A program made the translations under genes and the position numbers. Below, piece by piece: positions 18,928 to 29,345 of a DNA stretch of 50,458 nt. The notes under the pieces were generated by a model. The model did no database searches and was not told the origin of the DNA. It worked only from the letters and a program-made list of their open reading frames with translations. Each line of letters starts with the position of its first letter. Positions within the stretch are counted from its first letter, which is position 1. Source of the DNA: a virus (Duplodnaviria; Caudoviricetes); the IMG/VR virus record IMGVR_UViG_3300027985_001270, positions 1 through 50,458 of that record, one strand, 5' to 3'.

Positions 18928-19611
18928 ATGATTACTCTAGAAGAATTAATTGCTCACTCTCGTTCAAGAGCAGACATGGAAAAAAGTCAATTTATTGACA
19001 ATACTGAGCTAATCTCCTACATTAATCATTCCATATCTGAGCTTCATGACATCCTTATTCAATCATACGGCGCTGACTACAGCGTAAAAACAGTTGAATT
19101 TAACTTAGTAAATAACCAAGATACTTACGCAATTAACGACCTTATAGATGATGACGACTTCTATAAACTAATGGGTCTAGATGCAAAGATAAACAACAGT
19201 GACTGGACTACTTTAAGTCCTTTCAACTTTAATGAACGTAACCGTTTTCAACACTTTAACGTATCAACATACTTAGGAATAACTAATTTCAGATACAGAC
19301 TAAGTGGCAGTAATATTATATTTGCTCCAATTCCAGATTCTGCCATGCCATGTCGTATGTGGTACATTCCAGTAGCTCAGAAATTAACCGAGCTAACTGA
19401 CACCCTAGATGACCTTAATGACTACGATGAGTATATAATCTGTGATGTAGCTATAAAAATGATGCAGAAAGCAGAATTAGATGTTAGTGTTTTAATGGCA
19501 CAAAAAGCAGCACTAAAAAGACGCATTGAAGAAGCCTCTCAAAACAGAGATGCTGGTAAAAGTGATTCAGTATCTGATATTTACGCAGAAGATTATCGTT
19601 GGTGGTATTAA
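18928..19611 (+). CDS. head-tail adaptor (tail tubular protein A-like)
   Basis: TLEELI...R.RAD, EL..YIN.S..EL, P.PD, WYIP pattern; position. Confidence 0.7.
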   Translation: MITLEELIAHSRSRADMEKSQFIDNTELISYINHSISELHDILIQSYGADYSVKTVEFNLVNNQDTYAINDLIDDDDFYKLMGLDAKINNSDWTTLSPFNFNERNRFQHFNVSTYLGITNFRYRLSGSNIIFAPIPDSAMPCRMWYIPVAQKLTELTDTLDDLNDYDEYIICDVAIKMMQKAELDVSVLMAQKAALKRRIEEASQNRDAGKSDSVSDIYAEDYRWWY

Positions 19612-19928
19612 TGACTTTAAAATCATTTAAAAAAGTAAAACTTTCTGACTCATCAACAAGCCGCCTACAAGATAACTGTCAAACAACATTTGAATCACTA
19701 ACAAAAGTATCATTATTAGATGGTATTTTAATTAAAGATCTTGCCCTTACTGCCAGTTCTACAAATGAAATAGAACATAAACTAGATAGAAATCCAATAG
19801 GATGGATAGTAGTTAGGCAGGGAGCACAAGCTAACATATGGGACCTACAAGACGCTAACAAAAGTCCAAGCAAATCACTCTCTCTTGCATGTTCCGCAGA
19901 TGTAACAATAGATTTATGGGTTTTTTAA
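19599..19928 (+). CDS. virion-associated hypothetical protein (likely start ATG 19611)
   Basis: IEHKLDRNPIGWIVV short beta repeat. Confidence 0.55.
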   Translation: MVVLMTLKSFKKVKLSDSSTSRLQDNCQTTFESLTKVSLLDGILIKDLALTASSTNEIEHKLDRNPIGWIVVRQGAQANIWDLQDANKSPSKSLSLACSADVTIDLWVF

Positions 19929-19957
19929 TTGACTTTATTTAGTAAATGTGATAATAT
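19929..19957 (+). promoter_or_regulatory. sigma70-type promoter of the GIY-YIG gene
   Basis: TTGACT-17-TAATAT with TG. Confidence 0.65.
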
Positions 19958-19963
19958 ATAAGA

Positions 19964-20530
19964 ATGATAGTATATAAAATAGAGCATAAAATAATAAAAA
20001 AAGTTTATATTGGTAGAACCAATAGAAAATTATTAGCTAGGGTCTGGCAACATATAAGAGATCATTCTCCAATAGGAAAAGCAATAACAGATTTAGGGAT
20101 AGAGAATTTTGATTTTCAAGTAGTTTTTACTTCTGATTGTGTGGAGCAAATAAAACAAAAAGAAGCAGAATTAATTTTATCCTACAACTGTATTCACCCA
20201 AATGGATATAATCAGGAATATGGGAAAGATAATTTAACAGGAATTAATTTAAATTTTGATAAAAATACCAAAAATTGGAAGTTAAGAACTACTAGAGATA
20301 AAAAAAGAATAACCTTGGGTTCATTTCATAGTAGAGAGGAAGCATTAGAATACTATGATTATTGTTTAAAAGTGGATAAGTGGGATCTTTATAAGATACC
20401 TAGAGTATCTAAGTTTAAAAATAATAAATTTAGATTAAGAGTTTGGGATGGCAAAAAAAGAGTATATTTAGGGATATTTAAAACAAAAGAAGAGGCTTTT
20501 AACTTTTACAGGAAGAAAATATATGGCTAG
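19964..20530 (+). mobile_element. GIY-YIG homing endonuclease with two AP2-like DNA-binding repeats
   Basis: IVYKI...VYIGRT..R..QH, PNGYN; KRITLGSFHSREEA and KRVYLGIFKTKEEA. Confidence 0.85.
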
Positions 20531-21182
20531 TACTACTTATATGAATCTTAGTTTACCTACATCAACTGTGACTATAGGACCTCTATGGAGTGTTATGATT
20601 AATACTGCCATAGAATCAATTGATGAACATGATCACACATCTACAAAAGGTAAACAAATACCCACAGCAGCTTTAAACATAAATGCAGATTTAGACCTAA
20701 ATAGCTTCTCACCATTTAACGCTTTAAGCTTAAAATTCAGCTCTCAATCTGCCACCCTAACCGGTGCATCTAACGCCTCATCTCTTTACGTAGTGAGCGG
20801 AAACTTATATTTCACAAACAGCGCAGGAACAGCAGTACAAATAACCTCTTCAGGTTCCCTTTACCCAACACCAGGATCAGTACAAGCCCTTAACAGATTC
20901 TCAGTAAGTGGTGATATTACAATCGGTGCCTCAGATGATATTGTAGTTCTAGCAGTAAACACTGCAGCAGCAAGAGAAATAACACTTCCATCGGTAAGTG
21001 CAGTTTCAGACGGAAGATTCTACATAGTCATAGACGAGTACGGCTCAGCTTACGACAATAACATCACCTTAACGCCTAACGGTTCTGATACAATAAATGG
21101 TGAATCATCTCTAGTTATAGACTCTTCTTACTCAGCTACATGGGTAATAGCTGATGGAACTTCAAACTGGCTAGTAGCATAA
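20523..21182 (+). CDS. tail fibre/adaptor-type structural protein
   Basis: N-terminal MNLSLP..IDEHDH; C-terminal ITLP...D..G....NNITL...G.DTING...W domain. Confidence 0.65.
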   Translation: MASTTYMNLSLPTSTVTIGPLWSVMINTAIESIDEHDHTSTKGKQIPTAALNINADLDLNSFSPFNALSLKFSSQSATLTGASNASSLYVVSGNLYFTNSAGTAVQITSSGSLYPTPGSVQALNRFSVSGDITIGASDDIVVLAVNTAAAREITLPSVSAVSDGRFYIVIDEYGSAYDNNITLTPNGSDTINGESSLVIDSSYSATWVIADGTSNWLVA

Positions 21183-21192
21183 GGAGTTTATC

Positions 21193-24100
21193 ATGGCTCT
21201 ACAAAAACAAAAAATACCAGTACCATTCTCAACTGGTCTTGATACAAAATCAGATAGTAAACAACTTCAAATTGGTAAACTAGTAACTGCTGAAAATGTC
21301 GTATTTGATAATCCAGGTAAACTACAAAAATCCAAAGGATACGAAGAAATATCAAACTACGCTCTTACCGGAGAAAAACTAGATAATCTCCACTCTCTAT
21401 CTTCATATAAAAATGAACTTCTCGCTCTTACTGATACTGAATTATACGCACGCTCTGAAAATATAAACAAATGGATCCTTAAAGGAAAAGTAGTAGATGT
21501 AAATGCGGTATCATCAGTAGTAGTTAAAAACTCCATGACTCAAGAAGCAATAGATTGTATCTTTTTAGAAAATACAAAAGTATTTGCATATACTGACACT
21601 GAAGGAATTAAATACTCTGTAATAGACCATCTTAATGGTACCACACTTATTCACGATTCGCTAATAAGTTCTACAGGACTAAAACCACGCCTTGCTAAAA
21701 CTGGATCAATAGTAATTATATTCTATACAGAAGGCACTAACATATTATACAGAACTTTTAATGTAACTAATCCGTCAGAAATAAGTGATGCTACCACTGT
21801 AGTAGAAGATCTGGCAACCAACAATAACTACGACGTAGCTTCTACATCTAATAATTACGTAACCGTAGTATATAACAGTTCCGGAGACGTACTAAAAGTA
21901 TTTCAAATATCTCCTGCATTTGTAAAATCAACAGTAGTTACAAAAACTGGGGAATCAGGAGCGGGAACAATAGACGTTAATGTAAGTTCTACTGAAAAAA
22001 TAATAGTATCCTACTTTGATAACTCTAACGTTAAAGTATTCATGTTCAGCAGTAACTTTGGTAACGACATTATATCTCCAACTACAGTAGAAACAATAAG
22101 CGGAGTAATAAACGTCACATCCCAACTCAAAAATGACACAGTAACTGTCTACTATGAAATAGAAAACTATGAAACATCTGGCAGTATGGATCTAGTATCT
22201 GCTACAGCATCAACTGAGGGAGGATCTGGTGGAGCTCCTAGATCTTATAACAACTCAACAGTTCACTCTATCGGAGATATGTTTATCATAGATAACTCAC
22301 ACCCTAATCGCTTTTATGATAAAGTAACTTTTCATGTAGAAGAAGCTGCTGCAAATCCAACTAATACAGTACTAGTAGACATGGTGTATACTGAAGATAG
22401 TAGTAGTAATGCTATCTGGAACATTACAATCACACCAAACGACGGAACAAATAATAGCGGTGTTCCTGTTTCAATATCTACAGCTGACTTATGTCCAGTA
22501 GTTAGATTTGGACCTTACGCATCTAACATTACACGAACAGTTACCGGTTACACATATGGTGGAGGATCTACACAATCTCTACCTCTTCCATATGAAACAT
22601 ACCAAAGAAGAATAGCAGCAGATTATTATAATCAAACCCTAGCCGTTAACGGTGGCTGCCTTGATGGCTATACATTCATAATGGATGAAGGAGTTTCAAC
22701 CACTCATACAGGGGAAGCTTATGGCGCTCTATGTGCTGGTATAACTTATACATACAGAACTGCAGGTCCAGATGCCAATGGCTACACAGTAAAAACAATA
22801 GTAAATTCACCAGCTGCAAATCCGCTAGATACAGTACTAGTAGACTTCTCAGGAAGTGCATCAGACATAGTAATCACAATCACACCAAACGACGGAACAA
22901 ATAACAGTAGCATTCCAGTTTCAATATCCAGCGCTGAATTAGTTTCATTAATAAACAACGGAACAGTATCAGGAAAAACAGTAACCCTTTCAGGAACTAC
23001 AACTCTAAGAACTAAAATAAAAGCAGCAGGTGGAGATAAATCACTAGCTACTCATAGAGGCTGTCTTGATCAATGTATAGCAACCTTTTCTGGTGGATCA
23101 GAATCAGCAACTCCAATAGGTCAAACAGTAGGTCTAGTAGATGAAATAACCTACCTAAGTACAGTAGCAGGAGAAGAACGTAACAGCACTACAGTAACTA
23201 CACAAGTCAACGCTGCCGCATCTAATCCGGATAACAATGTTATAGTAACAGTAACTGGTAGTACGGATGCTATAATAATAACCATCACACCAAACAGCAG
23301 CCCAGCTAATTATATAACCACCGCAGAACTTGTAACCTTAATCAACAATAAAGCTTTTACCGGCGTAACTCTAAACGATAGTAACCTCCTCCTTAATGCC
23401 ATTACAGCAACAGGCGGTGGTAGCACTAGCATGATTAATGGTGGAGAAGGTGATAACGTTACAGTAGTCCTTGATGGTGGAGCAGTTCCCGGTGAAGATT
23501 ATAATAATCACTACATTAGACAAAATACAATAACAACAGGATCAGTTTTAGGTACAGCTTCAGATTTTCTAAGAAGTGTCTGTCTTGCAGGTAAGGCAGT
23601 AAATGTAAACGATAATACATACTTGCCAATCATGCACGTAAGTGAACTTCAGTCCACTAACTTCCTTGCTGACGAATCTGGGTCAATAATATTATCTATC
23701 AGTCCTAATAATGCTGGAACTATCATTGCAAATAATCAACTTCCTCACGTTCCAAGCATTGACGATAATACTATTCTACTACCATCTCAAATAAAAGGTA
23801 GAACAATTACAGATTATGGAGTGTTTGATTCTCTACTAGGAGTTAATAGTAGCGTAATAACCTTCGATACTCCTCTAAGTACCGGATCTAAAATACTAGT
23901 AGATAATCTTCACCTAGCTTCAGGTATACTATATGCATATGACGGATTTCAAGTAACAGAACACGGATTTTTTCTATATCCAGAAGATTTAACATTTGAA
24001 ACTGAAACAGCAAACGGCTTCATGTCTGATGGTACATATCAATATACAGCCCTTTATAACTGGACAGACGTACAAGGAAAACAACATCTATCAGCTTCAG

Positions 24101-25452
24101 CAGTTCCAATTGAAGTAGTTCTTGATGGTGGAACAGATGCACAACTAGTAACAATAAAAGTTCCAACTCTTCGTATAACAAGTAAAGAAAATGTAACAAT
24201 AGATGTATATAGAACTGAAGCATCAGGAACCATTTTCTATAAAGTTACCTCTGTAGACTCCCCAGTAATGAATGATAAAACTACAGATTATGTAAGCGTT
24301 TCTGACGGTCTAACAGACGATGACCTAATAGATAACGAAACCTTATACACAACTGGGGGAGTTCTTGATAATATTGTAGCTCCTCAAGCATCAATAATTG
24401 AAAGCTCAAAAGATCGTATCTTCTTAGCCGGTCTTGAAGATGTAAATAAGATTCAATATTCGAAAATAGTCAGTGAAGGAAAGCCAGTAGAATTTAACGA
24501 TACACTAACCACCCTAGTTAATCCATTCGGTGGAGCCATCACCTCCCTTAAAGTCATGGATGATAAATTAATAATCTTTAAAGAAAGTGCAATCTACTAC
24601 ATGTCCGGAGATGGACCAAATAATTTAGGTGAACAAGATTCATTTATAACCCCAGAACTTATCAGTTCCGATATGGGTTGTGTTAACAGAGACTCTATAG
24701 CTCTAACCGCTCAAGGTTTATTCTTCCAAAGTAAAAAAGGTATCTATCTACTAGGAAGAGATTTAAGTATTAGCTACATTGGTGCACCCGTAGAAAAATA
24801 TAACAGTTTAACCATCACCAGTGCCGATGTTATTAACGATAAAAATCAAGTACGTTTTGCAACAGAAGAAGGAACCTGCCTCGTATATAACTACTTTGTA
24901 AATCAATGGGCAACTTACACAAATCAACCCTCCCTTGATGCTGCCATAGTAAATTACAAGTATTACTATTTACGACCTGAATCAGCAATCTACCTAGAAA
25001 ATGATACCTACTCAAATAATGGTACCGATATTAAAATGAAAATAGAAACAGGCTGGATCAACTTTGCAGGAGTTCAAGGACTTCAAAGAGTTTATAGGTT
25101 ACTTCTTCTAGGTGAATTTAAATCTGATCATAAATTAAGAATAAAAGTTGCATACGACTACAAAGACGTCTATACTCAAGAAGCAACCGTAGATTCAACA
25201 GATTTTATAGATTCTACAGCCTTTGGAGGATATTCACCATATGGAAGTGAATCTACCTACGGAACAACAGGAAACCTATATCAAATAAGATTAGACATGG
25301 CACAACAACGCTGCCAAGCAATAAAACTAAGTATTGAAGACATCACAGATGATTGTACGGAAGGAATGTCCCTCTCCACTATATCCTTCTTAGTGGGAAC
25401 TCTAGCATCTCCAACAATCATAGACAAATCAAATACTTACGGCGTTTCTTAA
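21193..25452 (+). CDS. tail nozzle / stabilisation protein (tail tubular B, P22 gp10-like) with ~440-aa insertion
   Basis: GLDTK N-terminus, beta-propeller-like C-half (LIIFKE, GCV...SI, FFQSKKGIY, VYNY...QW). Confidence 0.75.
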   Translation: MALQKQKIPVPFSTGLDTKSDSKQLQIGKLVTAENVVFDNPGKLQKSKGYEEISNYALTGEKLDNLHSLSSYKNELLALTDTELYARSENINKWILKGKVVDVNAVSSVVVKNSMTQEAIDCIFLENTKVFAYTDTEGIKYSVIDHLNGTTLIHDSLISSTGLKPRLAKTGSIVIIFYTEGTNILYRTFNVTNPSEISDATTVVEDLATNNNYDVASTSNNYVTVVYNSSGDVLKVFQISPAFVKSTVVTKTGESGAGTIDVNVSSTEKIIVSYFDNSNVKVFMFSSNFGNDIISPTTVETISGVINVTSQLKNDTVTVYYEIENYETSGSMDLVSATASTEGGSGGAPRSYNNSTVHSIGDMFIIDNSHPNRFYDKVTFHVEEAAANPTNTVLVDMVYTEDSSSNAIWNITITPNDGTNNSGVPVSISTADLCPVVRFGPYASNITRTVTGYTYGGGSTQSLPLPYETYQRRIAADYYNQTLAVNGGCLDGYTFIMDEGVSTTHTGEAYGALCAGITYTYRTAGPDANGYTVKTIVNSPAANPLDTVLVDFSGSASDIVITITPNDGTNNSSIPVSISSAELVSLINNGTVSGKTVTLSGTTTLRTKIKAAGGDKSLATHRGCLDQCIATFSGGSESATPIGQTVGLVDEITYLSTVAGEERNSTTVTTQVNAAASNPDNNVIVTVTGSTDAIIITITPNSSPANYITTAELVTLINNKAFTGVTLNDSNLLLNAITATGGGSTSMINGGEGDNVTVVLDGGAVPGEDYNNHYIRQNTITTGSVLGTASDFLRSVCLAGKAVNVNDNTYLPIMHVSELQSTNFLADESGSIILSISPNNAGTIIANNQLPHVPSIDDNTILLPSQIKGRTITDYGVFDSLLGVNSSVITFDTPLSTGSKILVDNLHLASGILYAYDGFQVTEHGFFLYPEDLTFETETANGFMSDGTYQYTALYNWTDVQGKQHLSASAVPIEVVLDGGTDAQLVTIKVPTLRITSKENVTIDVYRTEASGTIFYKVTSVDSPVMNDKTTDYVSVSDGLTDDDLIDNETLYTTGGVLDNIVAPQASIIESSKDRIFLAGLEDVNKIQYSKIVSEGKPVEFNDTLTTLVNPFGGAITSLKVMDDKLIIFKESAIYYMSGDGPNNLGEQDSFITPELISSDMGCVNRDSIALTAQGLFFQSKKGIYLLGRDLSISYIGAPVEKYNSLTITSADVINDKNQVRFATEEGTCLVYNYFVNQWATYTNQPSLDAAIVNYKYYYLRPESAIYLENDTYSNNGTDIKMKIETGWINFAGVQGLQRVYRLLLLGEFKSDHKLRIKVAYDYKDVYTQEATVDSTDFIDSTAFGGYSPYGSESTYGTTGNLYQIRLDMAQQRCQAIKLSIEDITDDCTEGMSLSTISFLVGTLASPTIIDKSNTYGVS

Positions 25453-25506
25453 TTAAAATAACACTTTTACCCTTATAGGGAATAATTACAAAAAGGGGCT
25501 TTTTTC

Positions 25507-26754
25507 ATGGCATACGTATATAAAACAGTTAATGGTGTAAGAAAATTGGTAAATGTTCCAACTACATCTACTACCTCCTCCTCTTCAGGCACTTCCTCTT
25601 CTAGCTTAGGATCTGTAAGTGGAGGAGCTAATTACACAGGCATGGGAGGTTCAGCAGCAGCATCTCAACAAGACCTAATAAATCAACTACAAGCTCAAGC
25701 ATCAGGCACTTCCTCTCTAGTATCTGAACAAATGAAAGCTGCCTCAGACAAAACCCTAGCTCAACAACTAGCAGCAGCAGGAGCAGCGCGAGGTGGAAAT
25801 CAAGCAGCTCTACAACGTCAATTAGCCAAAAACCAAATGGCTCAAGGTGCTGAATTAACTCAACAAGTAGGTCAAGCTCAACTTAAAGAACAACAAGCTG
25901 CTCAACAACAACTAGCTAGCGCAATTTCAGCGCAACAACAAGCAGCTCTTTCTAATGAACAAATAGAAGCCCAAAAAGAAATGGCACAAGCTCAAATTGC
26001 ATCAGCTCAATATATGCAAGAGAAAAAAAACCAATCCAGCCTTTTGGGAGGACTTATTGGTGGAGCAGGGAATATAATAGGAAGTTTATTTGCTGAAGGT
26101 GGTATAGCTGGAGAAGAAGAAAGTAGTGAAGAAGAGTCTATCGCTAAAAAAGAAAAAGCTCAAGCATTCTTAAAACAACTTCAATCTGAAAAAGCTCTAA
26201 GATATAAAAAAGCTACTGGAAAAGAAGCTCCAGAACTATTTAAGGGTGATGAAGAACTAAGAGAGGAGCGTGAAGAGGTAAATAAAAAAGAAATAGCAGA
26301 AGCTCTAGCTAGATTTCATAATAAATTTCTTGGTGGCACAGCCAGTGCAGGAATGGACCAAGATGTTACAAAATTACAATTAACAGGGTTGCAAAATCCT
26401 AATTCTAGTATAGAAACTGAATTTGAGAATAAAATAGCAGAAAAAACATCAGAAAATAAAGATGAAAACAAAAAAAATTCTTCAGAAGCAATAAAAGATT
26501 CTTTTGATAAATTTTCTCAATCCTTTACATCTGGATCAAGCTCAGGATCAGGAATAGGAGGTGGAATTGAGTCCGCAATGACTTCTATCGCTAAAGGAAT
26601 GGCTAGTAAAAAAGCAGAAGGTGCAGCTGCTAATGGAGGTCTTGCTGGATCACTAGCTAAAAAACGTGGAGATGGCTACGGAGCAATTCTAGCTGCACGT
26701 AATGACTTCTTCAAAAAAATGGAAGATCTAGAAAAAAAGAAGTCAAAAAAGTAA
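25507..26754 (+). CDS. internal virion / DNA ejection (pilot) protein
   Basis: Q/A-rich helices, Gly-rich LLGGLIGGAG segment, follows the nozzle gene. Confidence 0.65.
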   Translation: MAYVYKTVNGVRKLVNVPTTSTTSSSSGTSSSSLGSVSGGANYTGMGGSAAASQQDLINQLQAQASGTSSLVSEQMKAASDKTLAQQLAAAGAARGGNQAALQRQLAKNQMAQGAELTQQVGQAQLKEQQAAQQQLASAISAQQQAALSNEQIEAQKEMAQAQIASAQYMQEKKNQSSLLGGLIGGAGNIIGSLFAEGGIAGEEESSEEESIAKKEKAQAFLKQLQSEKALRYKKATGKEAPELFKGDEELREEREEVNKKEIAEALARFHNKFLGGTASAGMDQDVTKLQLTGLQNPNSSIETEFENKIAEKTSENKDENKKNSSEAIKDSFDKFSQSFTSGSSSGSGIGGGIESAMTSIAKGMASKKAEGAAANGGLAGSLAKKRGDGYGAILAARNDFFKKMEDLEKKKSKK

Positions 26755-26783
26755 TTGACATTACACCCCCTTAATGCTAAACT
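26755..26783 (+). promoter_or_regulatory. sigma70-type promoter inside the late operon
   Basis: TTGACA-17-TAAACT with TG. Confidence 0.65.
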
Positions 26784-26804
26784 AAATCAAAAAAGGAACT
26801 AAAT

Positions 26805-29345
26805 ATGGCAAAAAATAATAAAGAAGTTAACGTTGATAAAGCATGGTATTTATTTAAAAATATTATTGACAACACTAAACGTAACGACGACTTAAGAGAA
26901 GCTTATAAATTAGCCACCTCTCCAGAGGAAAAAGCCAAAATTGTTAAATTTGCCAAAGATAATCTTAAACAATTAAATTACGCTAAAAAAGAAATTGAAA
27001 CCTTAAAAGAATACGGAACCGTAGGAATGGGAAAAGTATTCCGAACCTTCGGTGAAAAAATGATTGCAGAAGAAGGTAAAGACGGGGCAAAAATCCTACT
27101 AAAGAAAATAGGAAAACATCTACCAGGTGTAGGTGCCCTTGCTGGTATTATGACCGCCTTTGCGACAGATGATGCATCTGCAGCAGTTCCAGTACTAAAT
27201 GAAGCAGAAAATGTAGGACCAGAAAAAGGAACTCCAGAATATAAATATGAATCTGGAGAATCAAAAAGTGTAGAACTTCCAAAAGAAGATATACAAGCTC
27301 AAGCAGAAGCCATTAAGGCAATGCAAAAAGCCAACGAAACCATTCATGCTCCTAAAATATCCTCTCCAGAAGAGGTAGCAGCAGTTAAAGCTAATGAAGG
27401 TGCTATCATGAATGATGAAGAAGCAGATCAAATTGAAAAAGGTATAGAAGTAGAAAAAGAACATACTAATAAACCAAAAATAGCGCTAAAAATAGCCCTA
27501 GACCATTTAAAAGAAGATCCACGATATTATGATCATCTTCTATCAATGGAAATGGAAAATCCAGCTCCTAAAACTAATGAAGAAATTAAAGCTAAAGGTG
27601 GCTTTGTAGATGGAGAAGAGCATCAATATGCTGGTGATACCATAGACGCTAAACTAAATAAAGGTGAAATGGTACTTAACATTGAGCAACAACAAAAACT
27701 TCTAGATATTTTAAAAAATAAAGAGACAAAGTTGCCAAAAGATGATAGAATAGATAATAAAGTAAATAATAAAGAAATAGATGTAGATAAATCTGTACAA
27801 AAAGAATTATTTAACTATATTAAAGGTGAATCTGAAGAAAAACCTAAAGGAAATATAGTGAAAAAATTAGCTGAAGGAACGGAAAATGTAGGGCAAGCTC
27901 CTGCCACTGTAGGTCTTCCTGAATCAATGAAATATAAAGGACCAGAATCAAACGCTCAAGGAACTTTACCAGGAACAGTGCCAGAAGTACTTCCTGAAGA
28001 TGTACCAATTACTCCAGCTCCAGTAACAACTGGAACATCTACACCTGTCCCAGTACAACAAGCACCTATAGTTCAAGAAACTGCTCCAGTAGTAGAAACT
28101 ACAAAAATTAAAGAAAATTCAGCAGTTAATAAAAAAATAGCAGAAGACACCCTTAATGCTAATTCGACAATTCGTCAAGCAATTTCAGATACAAAAAATC
28201 TACAAAATGAAATAATTGCAAAAAAAGCTGAAGATATAAAAGTAGCTGACTACATATCTCAACAATTGAAAGCAGAAGATGATAAAATAAAACAAGAAAA
28301 TGCTCCAGAGCTTGGAGGAACAATAAAAGCTAATAACATCTCTACTGGAAGAAGAGTACTTGCTAGAGTAGCCATGGCACTGGGAGCTATTGGTGCAGCC
28401 ATGACTGGTGGAGAAAATACAGCAGTTAAAATTATTCAAAATGCAATGGATAGAGATTTGCAAGCTCAAAAAATGAATACTGAAACCTATCTGGCTAAAA
28501 AGAAATTTTTACTATATCAATATCAACAACAACTTGCTGCTCAAATAGCTAATACTAATTCTCTAAAAGTAAAACAAGATGGTGCACAACTTCTAGGACA
28601 ATTGGCAGTAATGGATTCAAATATAAAAACTGCACGTGAACAATTAGCTTTAGACAAAGCTAAAGCAGCCAGAGAACAACAGGAAATAGATTTAAAATTA
28701 GTATCTGATGCTCAACAAAAACAAAGATTAAAAAATATTGCAAGTGGAGCAAAAGTAGCTGATATTTCAGAACTTCCTCCAGAAATGCAAGAAAAAGCTG
28801 TACGTCTTCCAGATGGATCAGTAGGAGTAGCATTTGATAAAGAACGTGCAAGAAAAGTAACAGAATATCAAAATGAAGTTATCCCAGCTATTCAAGGAGC
28901 CAAACGTATTCTTGAAACTGCTCAAAATTTTAACCGTATTACCGACCTAACAAAACGTGCACAAATAGCTTCTGAAATGAAAGCTCTCGGTGGACAATTA
29001 AGATTACCATTCACCGGTCCTGGTATTTTAACAGATAAAGAATTTGACCGCTTAATGGATACAATCGGTGACCCAAATAAACTTCTTGCAATTCCATCTA
29101 TACAAAAAGCTAAATTAAAGACAGTAATAGGCAAACTACAAAAAGACCTACTAACTCACTACGATAACGCAGGAGTTAATATGAGCAAAGAAGCCAAAGA
29201 CGCTCTAATAGGTAAAGGCGAAACAAACAGGCAATTATTAATCAAGAGATATAAAGATAACGGCTACGATGAAAATCAAGCCAATGATCTTATAAATGAC
29301 CTAATTGCTAAAGGTACTTTAAGTAAGGAAAAATATGGAATCTAA
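26805..29345 (+). CDS. internal virion / ejection protein containing a DUF5661-like domain
   Basis: GIEVEKEH...IALDHLKEDPRYY; AKGG..D...AKL..GE.V; two Gly/Ala hydrophobic segments. Confidence 0.65.
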   Translation: MAKNNKEVNVDKAWYLFKNIIDNTKRNDDLREAYKLATSPEEKAKIVKFAKDNLKQLNYAKKEIETLKEYGTVGMGKVFRTFGEKMIAEEGKDGAKILLKKIGKHLPGVGALAGIMTAFATDDASAAVPVLNEAENVGPEKGTPEYKYESGESKSVELPKEDIQAQAEAIKAMQKANETIHAPKISSPEEVAAVKANEGAIMNDEEADQIEKGIEVEKEHTNKPKIALKIALDHLKEDPRYYDHLLSMEMENPAPKTNEEIKAKGGFVDGEEHQYAGDTIDAKLNKGEMVLNIEQQQKLLDILKNKETKLPKDDRIDNKVNNKEIDVDKSVQKELFNYIKGESEEKPKGNIVKKLAEGTENVGQAPATVGLPESMKYKGPESNAQGTLPGTVPEVLPEDVPITPAPVTTGTSTPVPVQQAPIVQETAPVVETTKIKENSAVNKKIAEDTLNANSTIRQAISDTKNLQNEIIAKKAEDIKVADYISQQLKAEDDKIKQENAPELGGTIKANNISTGRRVLARVAMALGAIGAAMTGGENTAVKIIQNAMDRDLQAQKMNTETYLAKKKFLLYQYQQQLAAQIANTNSLKVKQDGAQLLGQLAVMDSNIKTAREQLALDKAKAAREQQEIDLKLVSDAQQKQRLKNIASGAKVADISELPPEMQEKAVRLPDGSVGVAFDKERARKVTEYQNEVIPAIQGAKRILETAQNFNRITDLTKRAQIASEMKALGGQLRLPFTGPGILTDKEFDRLMDTIGDPNKLLAIPSIQKAKLKTVIGKLQKDLLTHYDNAGVNMSKEAKDALIGKGETNRQLLIKRYKDNGYDENQANDLINDLIAKGTLSKEKYGI

